Of a stretch of DNA of 64,000 nucleotides, positions 1 through 10,293 are shown in pieces. The position numbers and the translations under genes are program-made. The notes beneath the pieces were generated by a model. It did not search any database. It saw only the letters and a program-made list of their open reading frames with translations, and was not told the DNA's origin. This stretch comes from a phage: the sequence record PZ386972.1; one strand, given 5' to 3'. How positions within the stretch are numbered: the stretch's first letter is position 1; every line of letters starts with the position of its first letter.

Positions 1-115
1 TAATAGGGTATTTACTAGTCATTGTCTCTATGTGATAAGTGGTTTGCTTACTACAATAATCCCAAAGTTCATCATCGGGCTTGAAATAGGCTTTATTAGA
101 TATAACAACCTTCAT
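1..115 (-). CDS. hypothetical protein, N-terminal fragment running off the window edge
   Basis: Minus-strand ATG at 113-115 overlaps the TGA stop of the 112..609 ORF (ATGA overlap); reading frame stays open to position 1. Confidence 0.3.
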   Translation of the reverse strand, partial: MKVVISNKAYFKPDDELWDYCSKQTTYHIETMTSKYPI

Positions 116-609
116 AATTTTATTCTAAGTCTAGGAATTTCAGGCTCCTCTTGATGGACTTGATAAATAACAGGGCTATTATTTACCAGAATATAGCTTA
201 TATAAGCTGGAACATAGGATAATACAAACGGATATGGAACTTTAGCTACATAGCATTGGTATTTTCCGTTATAAATTCTAGCTGAATGCAAAACTTTAGA
301 GGTAACAACATCATAGAACGTAGTTTTCTTCCAATTAATAAGATTTCCATCAGAATCTATAAATTGGCTACGCTTTGACCCAACTAATTGGGACAACATT
401 GATATTCTACCTCTAATAGGATAGAGCTTGTATGGTAATTCTTTCCGTTTCTCAAATAGAATAAGCCTACGTTGAGAAAAAGTGCCAGGCAACTTCCTAT
501 TATCTAGCACATATTTATTATATCTTGTTGTAATTACGGAATAATCACCTTCTTGCTCAATTGATACAAACGCCCGTAAAGCATATACGGGCAATTTGAA
601 ATCAAGCAC
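112..609 (-). CDS. hypothetical protein (165 aa)
   Basis: ORF track; ends 8 nt into the DNA polymerase gene, same strand, operon-like packing. Confidence 0.5.
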   Translation of the reverse strand: MLDFKLPVYALRAFVSIEQEGDYSVITTRYNKYVLDNRKLPGTFSQRRLILFEKRKELPYKLYPIRGRISMLSQLVGSKRSQFIDSDGNLINWKKTTFYDVVTSKVLHSARIYNGKYQCYVAKVPYPFVLSYVPAYISYILVNNSPVIYQVHQEEPEIPRLRIKL

Positions 610-3169
610 CGAGAATCCTTCTCACGTTATCCAAATCTTTACATACAGCAATAAACTTATCATCCTTGTATTTGCTATGATCTGGATGCTCTTTATCCAT
701 TGCAGCTAGTTTCTTATACTCGAACTCTGCATCAAGTAATACACCCTTGACATAACGAGTATATTCATCATCATCAATACAAGCGATTGATGGGTGCTGT
801 TTCTTCATCTTACCACAAGAGTAGTCACGAGAACCTCCAGCTTCAGAATCAGAATCAATACCAATCGGACAACCAGGAATACTGATACCACGGTCTTTCT
901 GAATATTACGAATCAGGATTTCATTGTATTGGTCGATCAAGTCTTCACGAACAATAGCAACTACGGAGTCATGAACCAGCATAACAATCTTCATCTCTTG
1001 TTCTAGGCCAAGAGAAATGATCTCATTATCTGCATCTACAGCACCTAAAAGGAGACTATCAGAAGAAGCAGACTGAATGATTGCGTTAAATCCAGAACGA
1101 ATTTCTTCACCCTGAACGCCACGGTCTTCGGAGTGGATATTATGCAGACGACGTTTACGACCAAAGTGACTATAGATAAATCCATGATTCTTGATCTGGT
1201 CGTGACACTTATCAATCCAACGCTTAAGCTGTGGGAACTGACCGAAGTAAGTTTCAATATAGTCCTTCGCATCCGCAACAGTACACTCTACAAACGGTTC
1301 ACCTGTCTTAGCAGCCTGTTCCAGAAGAGCTTCGTTAACAGAATGAGCTACTTTAGCTGGGCCAGAACCATACAGAATACCGAAGGTGATTGCTTTAGCT
1401 GCTTGACGCAGAGCTGGGAACAGCTTTTTAACATCACGTGGTTCGCATTGGAGTTTAAATACCATGTGTGCGATGTTAGAGTGGAAGTCCGGGTATTTAT
1501 CAGGTTCATTTCTCATGTTGATAAATACCTGTTGCATATTTCTATCACCAGATAGAACAGCAGCATAATAAACTTCCGCAGTTGTTAAGTCCCACGCGAT
1601 TACACGATACCCCGGAAGGGCTACTACACAACCCTTGATAATAGATTCATCACGAGGTAACTGCTGCAGGTTCAGTTTACCAGAAGAACTCAGACGACCA
1701 GAAGTAGTCATGTGTTCGTGGAAACCAGTACGAATGCAACCATCAGCATCAATGCTCAGAAGAATCTTCTCAACGTAAGTAGAGATCAGCTTAGTCAGCT
1801 TACGAATCTCTAGTAGAGTCTTAGCAATTGGATGCTGCGTAGACAATTCGTTCAGAGCTTCTGCATCTGTAGAGTCTGCTCCAGTATCCGTCAATTTACC
1901 TGTTGGAGTTAAGCCAACATAGTCAAACAGAAGAACACGGAGTTGTTTAACAGAGTTTGGGTTAAACGCTTCATTCTGATCTTTCTCTAGCTGAACGACT
2001 TCTGGATAAGTATACAGCTTTTCACGGGCTTTATTCAGATTATGGGTTAACTGGTACTGAGCTTCTTTTAAACGATCAATAGAAATAGGTACACCACGAT
2101 CCTCAACACGCTGGAGAAATACACAACCAGGCATTAGGACATCATAATACAGGCTGCAAAGTTTTTCATTCTTCTCAATTTTTGGTAAGAAGAAGTTGTG
2201 CAAACGTATGGTAGCATCTGTATCTTTCGCAGCGTAAGGCCACATAATATCAAACGGAATTAAATCATAGGTGAAATCTTCTTTCTTGATTTTATGTGCT
2301 TTGCAGTAGTCCTCTTTGAACTTATCTAGTTCGAAGTCATAGTCACCCATATCGGTGTACTTCATCGCTAGAGATTTCAAGCCATGAGTACCACGACGTT
2401 CATCTAGAACATAGTGCTGCAACATGGTATCATGGAGCCTGCGTTCTTTATGCGCTTTATCAAAAGTAAGTCCCAGATGGTACTTATAAAAGTGCATATC
2501 AAACTTCAAGTTGTGAAAAACAATAGTGTGGTTTTCACTATCCAGAATTTTCTGGAGATAATATACTGCAACCTCTGTGAGACAATCAGAATCGATATAT
2601 ACACCCTGATATTCTTGGTGAGACATAGAAACACCAAGCAGATAACCATCTCGACAGTATAGTGCTGAGGTTTCGGAGTCGAATGCGACAGGTCCGATAA
2701 CCATATTATACACCATCTTGATATATTCTTCTGCCTCATCAGGGTCAGTAATAGGACGGTAATCACCAGCTTTTGCAATCTTCTCACGACCATTGATAAT
2801 ATCGTGGATATTCTCTACTGTTGCATCAAAAACTGGTTTCATTTCAGGTTTAAAGTGTAACTGGGCTGGGCTGATACTCGCAATCCAGTTAGCATATCCA
2901 TTATATTCTACACGTTTACCGGTATAATCACCAATACCTTTCTTACCTGCAAAGTACAGGAAAGGTTCGGCACCTACCAGTATAACAAAATCATAATCAT
3001 TCGGATCAAATGGGTTTTCTGGTGTTCCAATAGTAATGTGCTTTTTAAGCAAACGACCAGATAACTTCTCGTTACACATATGAAATACATCAACTTCCTC
3101 GCCGTATAGCTGGAAATGTTTATCGTAACGAGTGTTATTTAGAGCTTTATCAACTACTGCGATTTTCAA
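602..3169 (-). CDS. DNA polymerase, family A, with 3'-5' exonuclease domain
   Basis: 855-aa ORF; exo motif DSETSALY; Pol I motif B KAITFGILYGSG; motif C LVHDSVV; upstream minus-strand promoter at 3231-3259. Confidence 0.9.
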   Translation of the reverse strand: MKIAVVDKALNNTRYDKHFQLYGEEVDVFHMCNEKLSGRLLKKHITIGTPENPFDPNDYDFVILVGAEPFLYFAGKKGIGDYTGKRVEYNGYANWIASISPAQLHFKPEMKPVFDATVENIHDIINGREKIAKAGDYRPITDPDEAEEYIKMVYNMVIGPVAFDSETSALYCRDGYLLGVSMSHQEYQGVYIDSDCLTEVAVYYLQKILDSENHTIVFHNLKFDMHFYKYHLGLTFDKAHKERRLHDTMLQHYVLDERRGTHGLKSLAMKYTDMGDYDFELDKFKEDYCKAHKIKKEDFTYDLIPFDIMWPYAAKDTDATIRLHNFFLPKIEKNEKLCSLYYDVLMPGCVFLQRVEDRGVPISIDRLKEAQYQLTHNLNKAREKLYTYPEVVQLEKDQNEAFNPNSVKQLRVLLFDYVGLTPTGKLTDTGADSTDAEALNELSTQHPIAKTLLEIRKLTKLISTYVEKILLSIDADGCIRTGFHEHMTTSGRLSSSGKLNLQQLPRDESIIKGCVVALPGYRVIAWDLTTAEVYYAAVLSGDRNMQQVFINMRNEPDKYPDFHSNIAHMVFKLQCEPRDVKKLFPALRQAAKAITFGILYGSGPAKVAHSVNEALLEQAAKTGEPFVECTVADAKDYIETYFGQFPQLKRWIDKCHDQIKNHGFIYSHFGRKRRLHNIHSEDRGVQGEEIRSGFNAIIQSASSDSLLLGAVDADNEIISLGLEQEMKIVMLVHDSVVAIVREDLIDQYNEILIRNIQKDRGISIPGCPIGIDSDSEAGGSRDYSCGKMKKQHPSIACIDDDEYTRYVKGVLLDAEFEYKKLAAMDKEHPDHSKYKDDKFIAVCKDLDNVRRILGA

Positions 3170-3230
3170 ATTTAATCTCCTCTTGGTAAGTAAGTATAAC
3201 TTCAGTGTTTCTTCTCTAACTTACCAATAT

Positions 3231-3259
3231 ATTATATCAAAATATTGGGATAATAGCAA
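3231..3259 (-). promoter_or_regulatory. early promoter (-35 TTGCTA, 17-bp spacer, -10 TATAAT) reading into DNA polymerase
   Basis: Plus strand shows ATTATA at 3231-3236 and TAGCAA at 3254-3259, the reverse complement of the conserved plus-strand promoter. Confidence 0.6.
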
Positions 3260-3262
3260 ATA

Positions 3263-3592
3263 CTATTTATAGGTGTGAAGTAATTTACGCATTTCATTGC
3301 GCTGCTTTTCTAGTACCCGAAATTCTTCATCTATACGCAGAAAAGCATCTAGCGCTTTCATAGATTGCTCAGTATTTTCTACAACAGCCCAATCATATGT
3401 TAGGTATACCTCTTGACCTGTATCTTTTACTTTAAAGTAAATATAAGATGCAGGTAATTTAGGATCACCAAATAAATGGAAATTCTTTCGTTTATTAAGG
3501 GACTCCAGTGTTGTAAACCGCTCTAGTTTAACCTCTTTGTGTGTTATACTATCATACACTGGAACATCCGCATAAATATATACATATTCCAT
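3263..3592 (-). CDS. hypothetical protein (109 aa)
   Basis: ORF track; same-strand operon context between primase and polymerase. Confidence 0.5.
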   Translation of the reverse strand: MEYVYIYADVPVYDSITHKEVKLERFTTLESLNKRKNFHLFGDPKLPASYIYFKVKDTGQEVYLTYDWAVVENTEQSMKALDAFLRIDEEFRVLEKQRNEMRKLLHTYK

Positions 3593-3618
3593 AGTAGCTC
3601 CTCAGTTATTTAGGACTA

Positions 3619-4509
3619 TTATACCAAATCTTTAAGCGATTCAGCAACTAAAATTTCAATACGTTTTGCTAACATATCAATTTCTTCTTTACTTAAGTCA
3701 CCTGGGTCTTTACCTTCAGGCAGAAGAAAGTTAGCAACTACAGGTGTTAAACGCGTTTTTGTACGAATTAACTTAGCCAGTGCTTGTGCAGCTTTATTAC
3801 CAGAAGCATCATTATCTAGTAAGATAACAACAACTTTAACACCAGCAATAATATACGGACTGAACTTATCTGCAATGTTGTCTGAAGTAAACTGATGTGT
3901 ACCAAAGCAACAAGAAGCATAGTCTATACCATTATCCTCTAGATTCAGCATATCAAAGATACCTTCAACTAGAATAAGAACTGGAGTATTATATCGTACA
4001 GGAAAAATTGGCGGTGAAACTTGTTTTGGTTTTACTAGGTATTTAGGAGGGGCAGAACTGTTTATAGAACGACCCAAAAATAGGATATTGCGTCCAACAG
4101 CATCTGTGATTGGGAATACAATTCTGCCTTCCCAGTCTGCTTGGTGTTGGAAAGCAAAATATTTCTTCAAGGTCTTAGAACTTATACCTCGGAAATCACC
4201 TTCGAAAAGGTAAGCAGATTCAGGAATTGCAAGATTCGTAGATCCATTCCTAATCTCTGAAATCTTTTTACGTACCTGTGATAGTCTTGGGGACTGTCGG
4301 TACTGAGTCTCATTAAAATAATGGTAAATGCTCGGTATACCTTTACCGAAGCCACAACTCAAGCAGTGCATAATACCTGTTTCAGGATCAATACGCAAAC
4401 TTGGGTGTTTATCGTCATGATCTGGATTGAGACAACAGATGAGGATGTCCCCACCTGTGTCTTTATATTCAATGCCTTTCAGATCAAGTAGTTCTGTTAT
4501 TCTACTCAT
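3619..4509 (-). CDS. DNA primase (DnaG-like zinc finger plus TOPRIM)
   Basis: 296-aa ORF; zinc-binding CLNPDHDDKHPSLRID...CLSCGFGKG; TOPRIM-like LVEGIFDMLNL and VILLDNDASGNKAA; start overlaps helicase stop. Confidence 0.75.
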   Translation of the reverse strand: MSRITELLDLKGIEYKDTGGDILICCLNPDHDDKHPSLRIDPETGIMHCLSCGFGKGIPSIYHYFNETQYRQSPRLSQVRKKISEIRNGSTNLAIPESAYLFEGDFRGISSKTLKKYFAFQHQADWEGRIVFPITDAVGRNILFLGRSINSSAPPKYLVKPKQVSPPIFPVRYNTPVLILVEGIFDMLNLEDNGIDYASCCFGTHQFTSDNIADKFSPYIIAGVKVVVILLDNDASGNKAAQALAKLIRTKTRLTPVVANFLLPEGKDPGDLSKEEIDMLAKRIEILVAESLKDLV

Positions 4510-5978
4510 ATATCGCTGGCCTGTTCACCTGTTGAATTTTCAGCTTTGTCTTTCTTAGCACGTTTAGGTTGAGCCGGCTTATCCTTCTCAATAGGGATAA
4601 CGAACTCAGCTTCCATTTGAGATATATCTTCCATTGCTAGGTTGGTAGTGTTATCCATCCGCAGGGTTTCCCAGTTCATTTTAGGCATAAACTTCACGCT
4701 ATCAGAAGAACGAGTCTTAACGAAGTCAAACATAATAGCACCTTGACCATTATCAGCTTTTGCAGCATTAAGATTAGCAGCCATGTCTGCAGAATCAAGA
4801 ATCCCCTTTGACATACGTGTTCTACCATCTTGATCGATCTGGTAAGGAGCTACGCCAGCCACGTTATGTTTCTGGCAGATAGATTTGAAAGACGAGCTAA
4901 CAACCATCTGTTCTTTCCAGTCATACATATCAATGGTTTTAGAGTCTGGAAGTCGGGTTTGGTTAATATAGTCCAGTAAAGCTACTGTAACTTTATCTCC
5001 GTATCTAGCAACTAATTTATTTAATTCTACGTCAACTGTTGTAATGGACAGTTCAGGATCATAAACAATAATCATGGGAGTATGTAGTTCATATCCCTCT
5101 ATTAGCTTACTCTCCATATCGTAGAAATCACTCATCTTAGCCATTGTGTACTGTTTAACGAAGTTATCAAAAAGCTCTTCACCTCCATTAAACATTCTAG
5201 CTCTAGTTCTGGCCAATCTCAACAGAGCTGCACCTTCTAGAGTATTATTACGCATTGCTAGTGCTGATACACCAGCTAACATGGCTAGATTACGTCTAAA
5301 TACTTCATGTTCTTTCATCTCAATTGAGAAGTATGGAGCAATATCCCCATTCAAATATTGCTGAACCTGTATGTTTGAACAGATAATGGATTTACCAGTA
5401 CCACGCCAACCACCAAGCAGTAACGTTTCTGTGCGAGCTAAACCAATTTGAGCGTCGAACTCATTACAAATACCAAGAGCGATTAAGTTCAGTTTGGTAT
5501 CTTCTTCTCTCTGGAAAATACGCATGTTATCTGCGTTGAATACTTTTCCAGTATTCGTTACTTTCTCTTCTAATTTTAAGTGAAGGGAGGCAACTCGGTT
5601 GAGAATTTCTCCCTGATCCAGCATTGTTAAATCTTGAAGCACGTCTGTTTCTAGAAGCTTCAGGAATAAATCCTGTGTATATTCGGCCTCTAGGACTTCA
5701 AGTGCCTGTTCCATGCTCACTTCTGGAATTTGAGTGTTAGCTAAGACGACTAGAGCTTGAGAAAGGCGGGCGTTCCTATTAGCCTCAAGCATCAGTGCAT
5801 CAATGGACGGCATTGTGTTATATTTTTTATAATAATTCTGGACGGCTTGGTAAATTGAGGAGAAAGCGTCATTAAAATGATCTTTATGCAGTTTTGAGAA
5901 TGTTTCCAATGCTATTTGCTTCTGTTCAGAAGCTAGAAGCATCTTCAACACTACAGCTTGCACGTTAAACAAGGTCAT
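4506..5978 (-). CDS. DnaB-like replicative helicase
   Basis: ORF track 4506..6029; start moved to internal ATG at 5978 preceded by AAGGAGA RBS; Walker A-like GGWRGTGKS. Confidence 0.65.
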   Translation of the reverse strand: MTLFNVQAVVLKMLLASEQKQIALETFSKLHKDHFNDAFSSIYQAVQNYYKKYNTMPSIDALMLEANRNARLSQALVVLANTQIPEVSMEQALEVLEAEYTQDLFLKLLETDVLQDLTMLDQGEILNRVASLHLKLEEKVTNTGKVFNADNMRIFQREEDTKLNLIALGICNEFDAQIGLARTETLLLGGWRGTGKSIICSNIQVQQYLNGDIAPYFSIEMKEHEVFRRNLAMLAGVSALAMRNNTLEGAALLRLARTRARMFNGGEELFDNFVKQYTMAKMSDFYDMESKLIEGYELHTPMIIVYDPELSITTVDVELNKLVARYGDKVTVALLDYINQTRLPDSKTIDMYDWKEQMVVSSSFKSICQKHNVAGVAPYQIDQDGRTRMSKGILDSADMAANLNAAKADNGQGAIMFDFVKTRSSDSVKFMPKMNWETLRMDNTTNLAMEDISQMEAEFVIPIEKDKPAQPKRAKKDKAENSTGEQASDI

Positions 5979-6022
5979 TCTCCTTTGCACGCTTTCGTGC
6001 CTTCTAAATGCAAAAAGGGGAA

Positions 6023-6055
6023 GGAGCATAGCCCCCTCCCCTTAGGTTTAATTTA
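6023..6055 (-). terminator. rho-independent terminator (minus strand)
   Basis: GC-rich hairpin AGGGGAGGGGGCTATGCTCCTTCCCCT followed by a T-run when read on the minus strand. Confidence 0.5.
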
Positions 6056-6060
6056 CCAGA

Positions 6061-6828
6061 TTATTCAGCAGCCGCAGCTTTTGCATCCAGTTTAGCACGC
6101 TTAGCGGCACCATCATAGTCCTTAGCAACCAGACCACGACGAGACAGCATAGATTTAACACCGCGCTCAGATTTACCAGTTTTCTCAGCGATCTCAGCAA
6201 CAGTCATGTTAGCCAGATCCAGACCTTCTAACAGATCTTCACGAGTTTTAGCACTTGAGGTTTCCTGTACCGGCATAGCAGCGATACGACCTTCACGAAG
6301 CAGGCTCAGAGCTTTACCACGGATCTGCTTGATATTACGACCGAAGTGAGCAGCGATAGCTTCAATAGTAGCACCAGCAACAACCTGATTAACAAAATCA
6401 GTTTCTTCATCCGGAGTAAAGGAACGAACAGCAGCAGCTTTTTCAGTTGGTTTAACAGAAGCAGTCATTTCCAGACTCAGGATCTTACCCTGTACCTGTT
6501 TAGCACCGAACTGACCACCAGCTACAGCAGCAGCGATTTCAGCATAGGTATACTGACCAGCATGAGCGTTCAGGAAATCAACCAGTTCAGCTTCCTGCTC
6601 AGGAGTCCACGGGGATTTCTGTACTTCGTTAGCTTTCTGTACTTCAAAACCTTCTTTACGCAGTTTAGAGCCAACAGAGCGAGCAGTAACATCTTTGCCA
6701 GTTTCAGCAGCCAGTTCAGTAGCGATAGCAGCTACTTGTTCTTGAGAGATTACAGAAACACCCAGAGCAGTGGCTTTTGCTTTCAGAGACTCGGTTACAC
6801 CTTCTACGTTCCAGTTCAGTTTAGACAT
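6061..6828 (-). CDS. hypothetical Ala/Lys-rich protein with internal repeats (255 aa)
   Basis: ORF track; repeated GK(A/I)LSL segments; sits between ligase and helicase. Confidence 0.5.
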   Translation of the reverse strand: MSKLNWNVEGVTESLKAKATALGVSVISQEQVAAIATELAAETGKDVTARSVGSKLRKEGFEVQKANEVQKSPWTPEQEAELVDFLNAHAGQYTYAEIAAAVAGGQFGAKQVQGKILSLEMTASVKPTEKAAAVRSFTPDEETDFVNQVVAGATIEAIAAHFGRNIKQIRGKALSLLREGRIAAMPVQETSSAKTREDLLEGLDLANMTVAEIAEKTGKSERGVKSMLSRRGLVAKDYDGAAKRAKLDAKAAAAE

Positions 6829-7603
6829 TATTATTTTTCTCCAATAGTTCTTTAATCGACAGGATTTCTATCCCATTCGTTTCGGCTTTCTTATAAGATG
6901 AGGAAGAACGCTTCGATTCATCCTCACAGATTAGGTATTTGACGTCTTTGGTAACGGATTTCTTAACCGTATACCCTAGACTTTCTAAATAGTTTGTTGC
7001 ATCCGTTCGATTTGCAAAATCTTGCAAAGATCCGGTAATACATACCGCGATTCCATTTGGCTGGGCAACTAATTCATCTGTAATGATGACGTCAGCTTTA
7101 GTGCCCTTAATACCAGTTGAAAATTTCCACGGTAATTCGATAACATCCTTGCCTTGTGGGGAATTTAGCCAGGCTTTATAATTTTCTCCAGCCTTGCCGT
7201 CAGCCTTCACATCATGGAAGCTAGTGCAATTTTGGGATAATTTCTTTGCTGCAACCTCTCCAATTAGAGGGATTCCTAAAGAACCGAGAACTGAACCAAA
7301 GTCAATGTCTCCGCGAACTTTAGTATTTAATTCGCTAATTAACTTAGCGGCAACCTTGCTACCCACGGCTCTAACCAAATCTTCTTCGGTTAGGTAAAAT
7401 AGTTCTGAGATCTTCGTCAGCTCCAGCTTCTCAATAGTTTTTGGACCAAAGCCCTTTAACTTCATTTTTGTACAGAAGTTCTCAATTAACTTACTTGATT
7501 GCGCTGGACAGTTGGACTTATTCCGACAAAATAATTGTCCGTTGACAAGATCTAGCTTAGAACCACAAGAGGGACATTGTGTTGGAATTTCGATTTTCAT
7601 CAA
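6821..7603 (-). CDS. ligB: NAD-dependent DNA ligase, C-terminal subunit (Zn finger, HhH, BRCT)
   Basis: 260 aa; Cys4 zinc finger CPSCGSKLDLVNGQLFCRNKSNCPAQ; HhH GFGPKTIEKL; BRCT-like C-terminus; own promoter at 7631-7659. Confidence 0.8.
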   Translation of the reverse strand: MMKIEIPTQCPSCGSKLDLVNGQLFCRNKSNCPAQSSKLIENFCTKMKLKGFGPKTIEKLELTKISELFYLTEEDLVRAVGSKVAAKLISELNTKVRGDIDFGSVLGSLGIPLIGEVAAKKLSQNCTSFHDVKADGKAGENYKAWLNSPQGKDVIELPWKFSTGIKGTKADVIITDELVAQPNGIAVCITGSLQDFANRTDATNYLESLGYTVKKSVTKDVKYLICEDESKRSSSSYKKAETNGIEILSIKELLEKNNNV

Positions 7604-7630
7604 ATTTCTTCCTTATCAATTTATATAAAT

Positions 7631-7659
7631 ATTATAGCAAGTATTTAAGCATTTAGCAA
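7631..7659 (-). promoter_or_regulatory. early promoter inside the gap between the two ligase ORFs
   Basis: Plus strand ATTATA 7631-7636 and TAGCAA 7654-7659 (minus-strand TTGCTA, 17 bp, TATAAT). Confidence 0.6.
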
Positions 7660-7802
7660 CTACAATTTTAACTAACTTTGCTTACCCTCGCCATAACTTT
7701 CTATCCCTCAACTGAATGATAATAGTATATACCTAAGCGGCGAAAATGTCAATAACCACTTTATAATTCCGATATGGTAGATGGGTAGCAAAGGGTTATG
7801 TA

Positions 7803-8774
7803 TTAATCGTATACTCGTTCTACTATGCACGGGATTACACCACCAGCACGAATCACTCGAATCTGGCAACCGATCTCTAGATCGAGAGAGTTAATATAAT
7901 CAACGTTATTAAGAGTCGCTTTAACAATTGTAGCATCATCAATAATTACCGGTTCGAAATAACCAACTGGAGTTACTTTACCAGAAGCCCCTACCTGCCA
8001 TTCAACTTTAGTAAGAGTTGTAACCTCGCCTTCTTCATCCTCTTTAATAGCGAATGCTCCACGAGGGAATTTATTAGTCCAGCCTTCACGGAAGAATTTG
8101 TTGTTGTCATTAATACGAACAACTTTACCATCCGTCGGAATCCATTTAAAGAAGGAACGCACATTAACAACTGTTAAGAAGTTCTCATTCTCCAGCCAAA
8201 GCATATCTTTTAAATATGCTTCTGTAATACCTACAGATTCAGCAGAACACTGGATACCATATGCAACGAAGATTAAACCACCTTCTCCGATACGTTGTAC
8301 AAAATCATCACTATCTTTGAGGTTAATAGCACCAGAGGCAAAGTTACGTTTATTTTCTACTTCTTTTGTAATTAGAACTTCACCAGTGATTTGAGTAGGT
8401 ATTTTTTGGGAAATCTTTTTAGGGATATTCAGCAATCTTACGTTGCTTGTGACATCATTTCCCAGAATACCATTGCCACGAGTTAGTGCTTGAACAAATT
8501 CTCCATTAATATATAACAGAGAAATCGCACAACCATCTAACTTATCAGTTTCTACCTGACCTAATGGGTTGAATGGGGGTTTATCTCCACGATTATAATA
8601 AACTTTCTGTAAAGAATACATACGATATAGATGTGGAATATCACCCTTAGGTCCGATCTCTTCTTCTAACGGGAAGCGTTTTACCAGGCAATCATACTCC
8701 TCATCTGAGATTAAAGACATACCTTGATAATATGCTTCTTGGCAACGTTTAATAAAGTCTTTTACATTGGTCAT
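7803..8774 (-). CDS. ligA: NAD-dependent DNA ligase, N-terminal adenylation subunit
   Basis: 323 aa; adenylation KxDG motif (ETDKLDGCAI); OB-fold region; separated from the C-terminal ORF by 199 bp. Confidence 0.8.
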   Translation of the reverse strand: MTNVKDFIKRCQEAYYQGMSLISDEEYDCLVKRFPLEEEIGPKGDIPHLYRMYSLQKVYYNRGDKPPFNPLGQVETDKLDGCAISLLYINGEFVQALTRGNGILGNDVTSNVRLLNIPKKISQKIPTQITGEVLITKEVENKRNFASGAINLKDSDDFVQRIGEGGLIFVAYGIQCSAESVGITEAYLKDMLWLENENFLTVVNVRSFFKWIPTDGKVVRINDNNKFFREGWTNKFPRGAFAIKEDEEGEVTTLTKVEWQVGASGKVTPVGYFEPVIIDDATIVKATLNNVDYINSLDLEIGCQIRVIRAGGVIPCIVERVYD

Positions 8775-9047
8775 TTATTCTGCCTCATAGTATGTGGGTT
8801 GTCTAGTGGATCCGTGCCATGTATAATTTTTGCAAAGATGCAAATATGTAGTTTTTACTAGCCTATCTGACAACGGAGAGTATATTTCAGCTACTAATAC
8901 TTCTTTTTCGTAATGAAGTGAAATCAGCTTATACCCACTTCTAGTTTTAGTATACTTTTCTCCATTAATCTTCTCCTCCCACATAAGTATAAGAGGCTGT
9001 CCGATGTACGGGAAAGGTTTAAGTGTACTTATACTTATCTTTTTCAC
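8775..9047 (-). CDS. hypothetical protein (90 aa)
   Basis: ORF track; directly abuts ligA start. Confidence 0.45.
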   Translation of the reverse strand: MKKISISTLKPFPYIGQPLILMWEEKINGEKYTKTRSGYKLISLHYEKEVLVAEIYSPLSDRLVKTTYLHLCKNYTWHGSTRQPTYYEAE

Positions 9048-9077
9048 TTTGCAACCCTCTCATTAATTTATATAAAT

Positions 9078-9106
9078 ATTATATAACAAAACTGAGTTGA
9101 AAGCAA
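9078..9106 (-). promoter_or_regulatory. early promoter (minus strand)
   Basis: Plus strand ATTATA 9078-9083 and AAGCAA 9101-9106; 17-bp spacer. Confidence 0.55.
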
Positions 9107-9133
9107 GTACATTTATAAAGAAAAAGCCAAGAA

Positions 9134-9442
9134 CTAGGCATTCTTGGCTTTGAGTTCTTCAGCTCGTTTCTGTACTTCATGTAAAACCTCAGATTCGCTA
9201 AGAATCTGTGTAAACGCATAGAAAAGCTGTGATGTTGTTTCTAGGGTGTAAGGAAAAGAGAAGCCAGATTTCGTTGGAAACCATTCATCATTAATATCAA
9301 GAAGCCAGTAACGAATACCCATGTATAGATTCCCACGAAATTCAGATACTGTTAATCTTACTTGTTCCCCCTCCTTCTCCCAAAGTATGATGGACTGGTC
9401 ATCAACGTGTCCTTCATAGTTTTGATTTACCTGTTCGCTCAT
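9134..9442 (-). CDS. hypothetical protein (102 aa)
   Basis: ORF track. Confidence 0.5.
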   Translation of the reverse strand: MSEQVNQNYEGHVDDQSIILWEKEGEQVRLTVSEFRGNLYMGIRYWLLDINDEWFPTKSGFSFPYTLETTSQLFYAFTQILSESEVLHEVQKRAEELKAKNA

Positions 9443-9454
9443 TTACATATCCCA

Positions 9455-9482
9455 AATACACAAAAAGCCCCATATAGGGGCT
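9455..9482 (-). terminator. rho-independent terminator (minus strand)
   Basis: Hairpin GCCCCTATATGGGGC followed by TTTTTG on the minus strand. Confidence 0.5.
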
Positions 9483-9492
9483 AATTGGTTTC

Positions 9493-9789
9493 TTATCGGC
9501 CTACTGGAGAAGCACGATCTAACTCTGATTGGAGGCTAGTCACACGACGGACTTTCTCGACAGGAATAAAACGGAAGCTATCATTAGTACGAGAGAAGAC
9601 AAGGATTTCATCATCTTTCGCTTTACGAATACGTTCACGTTTAATACGCTCAGCCAGATATTTATCTTGGGCTGGATCAAATTCCATCGTACCCTGAAGG
9701 TACGTGGTTCCTTTCTGACGAAGTTTCTCGTAATGAAGATAAAACTCACCAAATTTTTCACATTGTGCGATAATTTCAGCTTTGGTCAT
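9493..9789 (-). CDS. hypothetical protein (98 aa)
   Basis: ORF track. Confidence 0.5.
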   Translation of the reverse strand: MTKAEIIAQCEKFGEFYLHYEKLRQKGTTYLQGTMEFDPAQDKYLAERIKRERIRKAKDDEILVFSRTNDSFRFIPVEKVRRVTSLQSELDRASPVGR

Positions 9790-9825
9790 AACTGTGTTCC
9801 TTTTGTTGGTGGATTTATCTAAAAA

Positions 9826-10236
9826 TTACTTAGTGATAGCTCGGATTGCTTCTGCCAGATGAGCAGCCGCTTTACCGGTCAGTTTGTCGATAATCGCATC
9901 ATCCAGAAAATCTGGTGCTAGGCCAGCATCAGAGAATGCTGAACGAAGATCGGCGTGAGCTTGGGCTTTGGAGGTACGAGAACCACCGGAAGCTTTTTCT
10001 CCAGTAGATGCGCTAGATTTAGAAGCAGAGCCAGCAGCTTTCTTGATATATACACCTGCTTTGGTCAGCTTCATACGAAAACCGTTCGGAGTTACACCAT
10101 TTTCCTGAGCAATTTCGCTAACAATTTCCATGCTAACACCCGGACGTTCATCCTCTGGGAATTGCTCCATACGAGCAATGTATTCGGAAGACATTTTTTC
10201 GAACAGTTCATCAGTCCACTGAGTTGGAGTAGTCAT
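9826..10236 (-). CDS. hypothetical protein (136 aa)
   Basis: ORF track. Confidence 0.5.
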   Translation of the reverse strand: MTTPTQWTDELFEKMSSEYIARMEQFPEDERPGVSMEIVSEIAQENGVTPNGFRMKLTKAGVYIKKAAGSASKSSASTGEKASGGSRTSKAQAHADLRSAFSDAGLAPDFLDDAIIDKLTGKAAAHLAEAIRAITK

Positions 10237-10293
10237 ATTTTATATTTCCTTAATTAAGAATTAAACAGAATAGTTCTTTCAAACTATGAGAAT

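Noticed and set aside
794-2793. Antisense ORFs inside the DNA polymerase gene (794..1006, 1045..1278, 1133..1555, 2414..2662, 2506..2793)
   Set aside because: They are fully nested in or antisense to a strongly supported 855-aa polymerase ORF, with no RBS and low-complexity translations.
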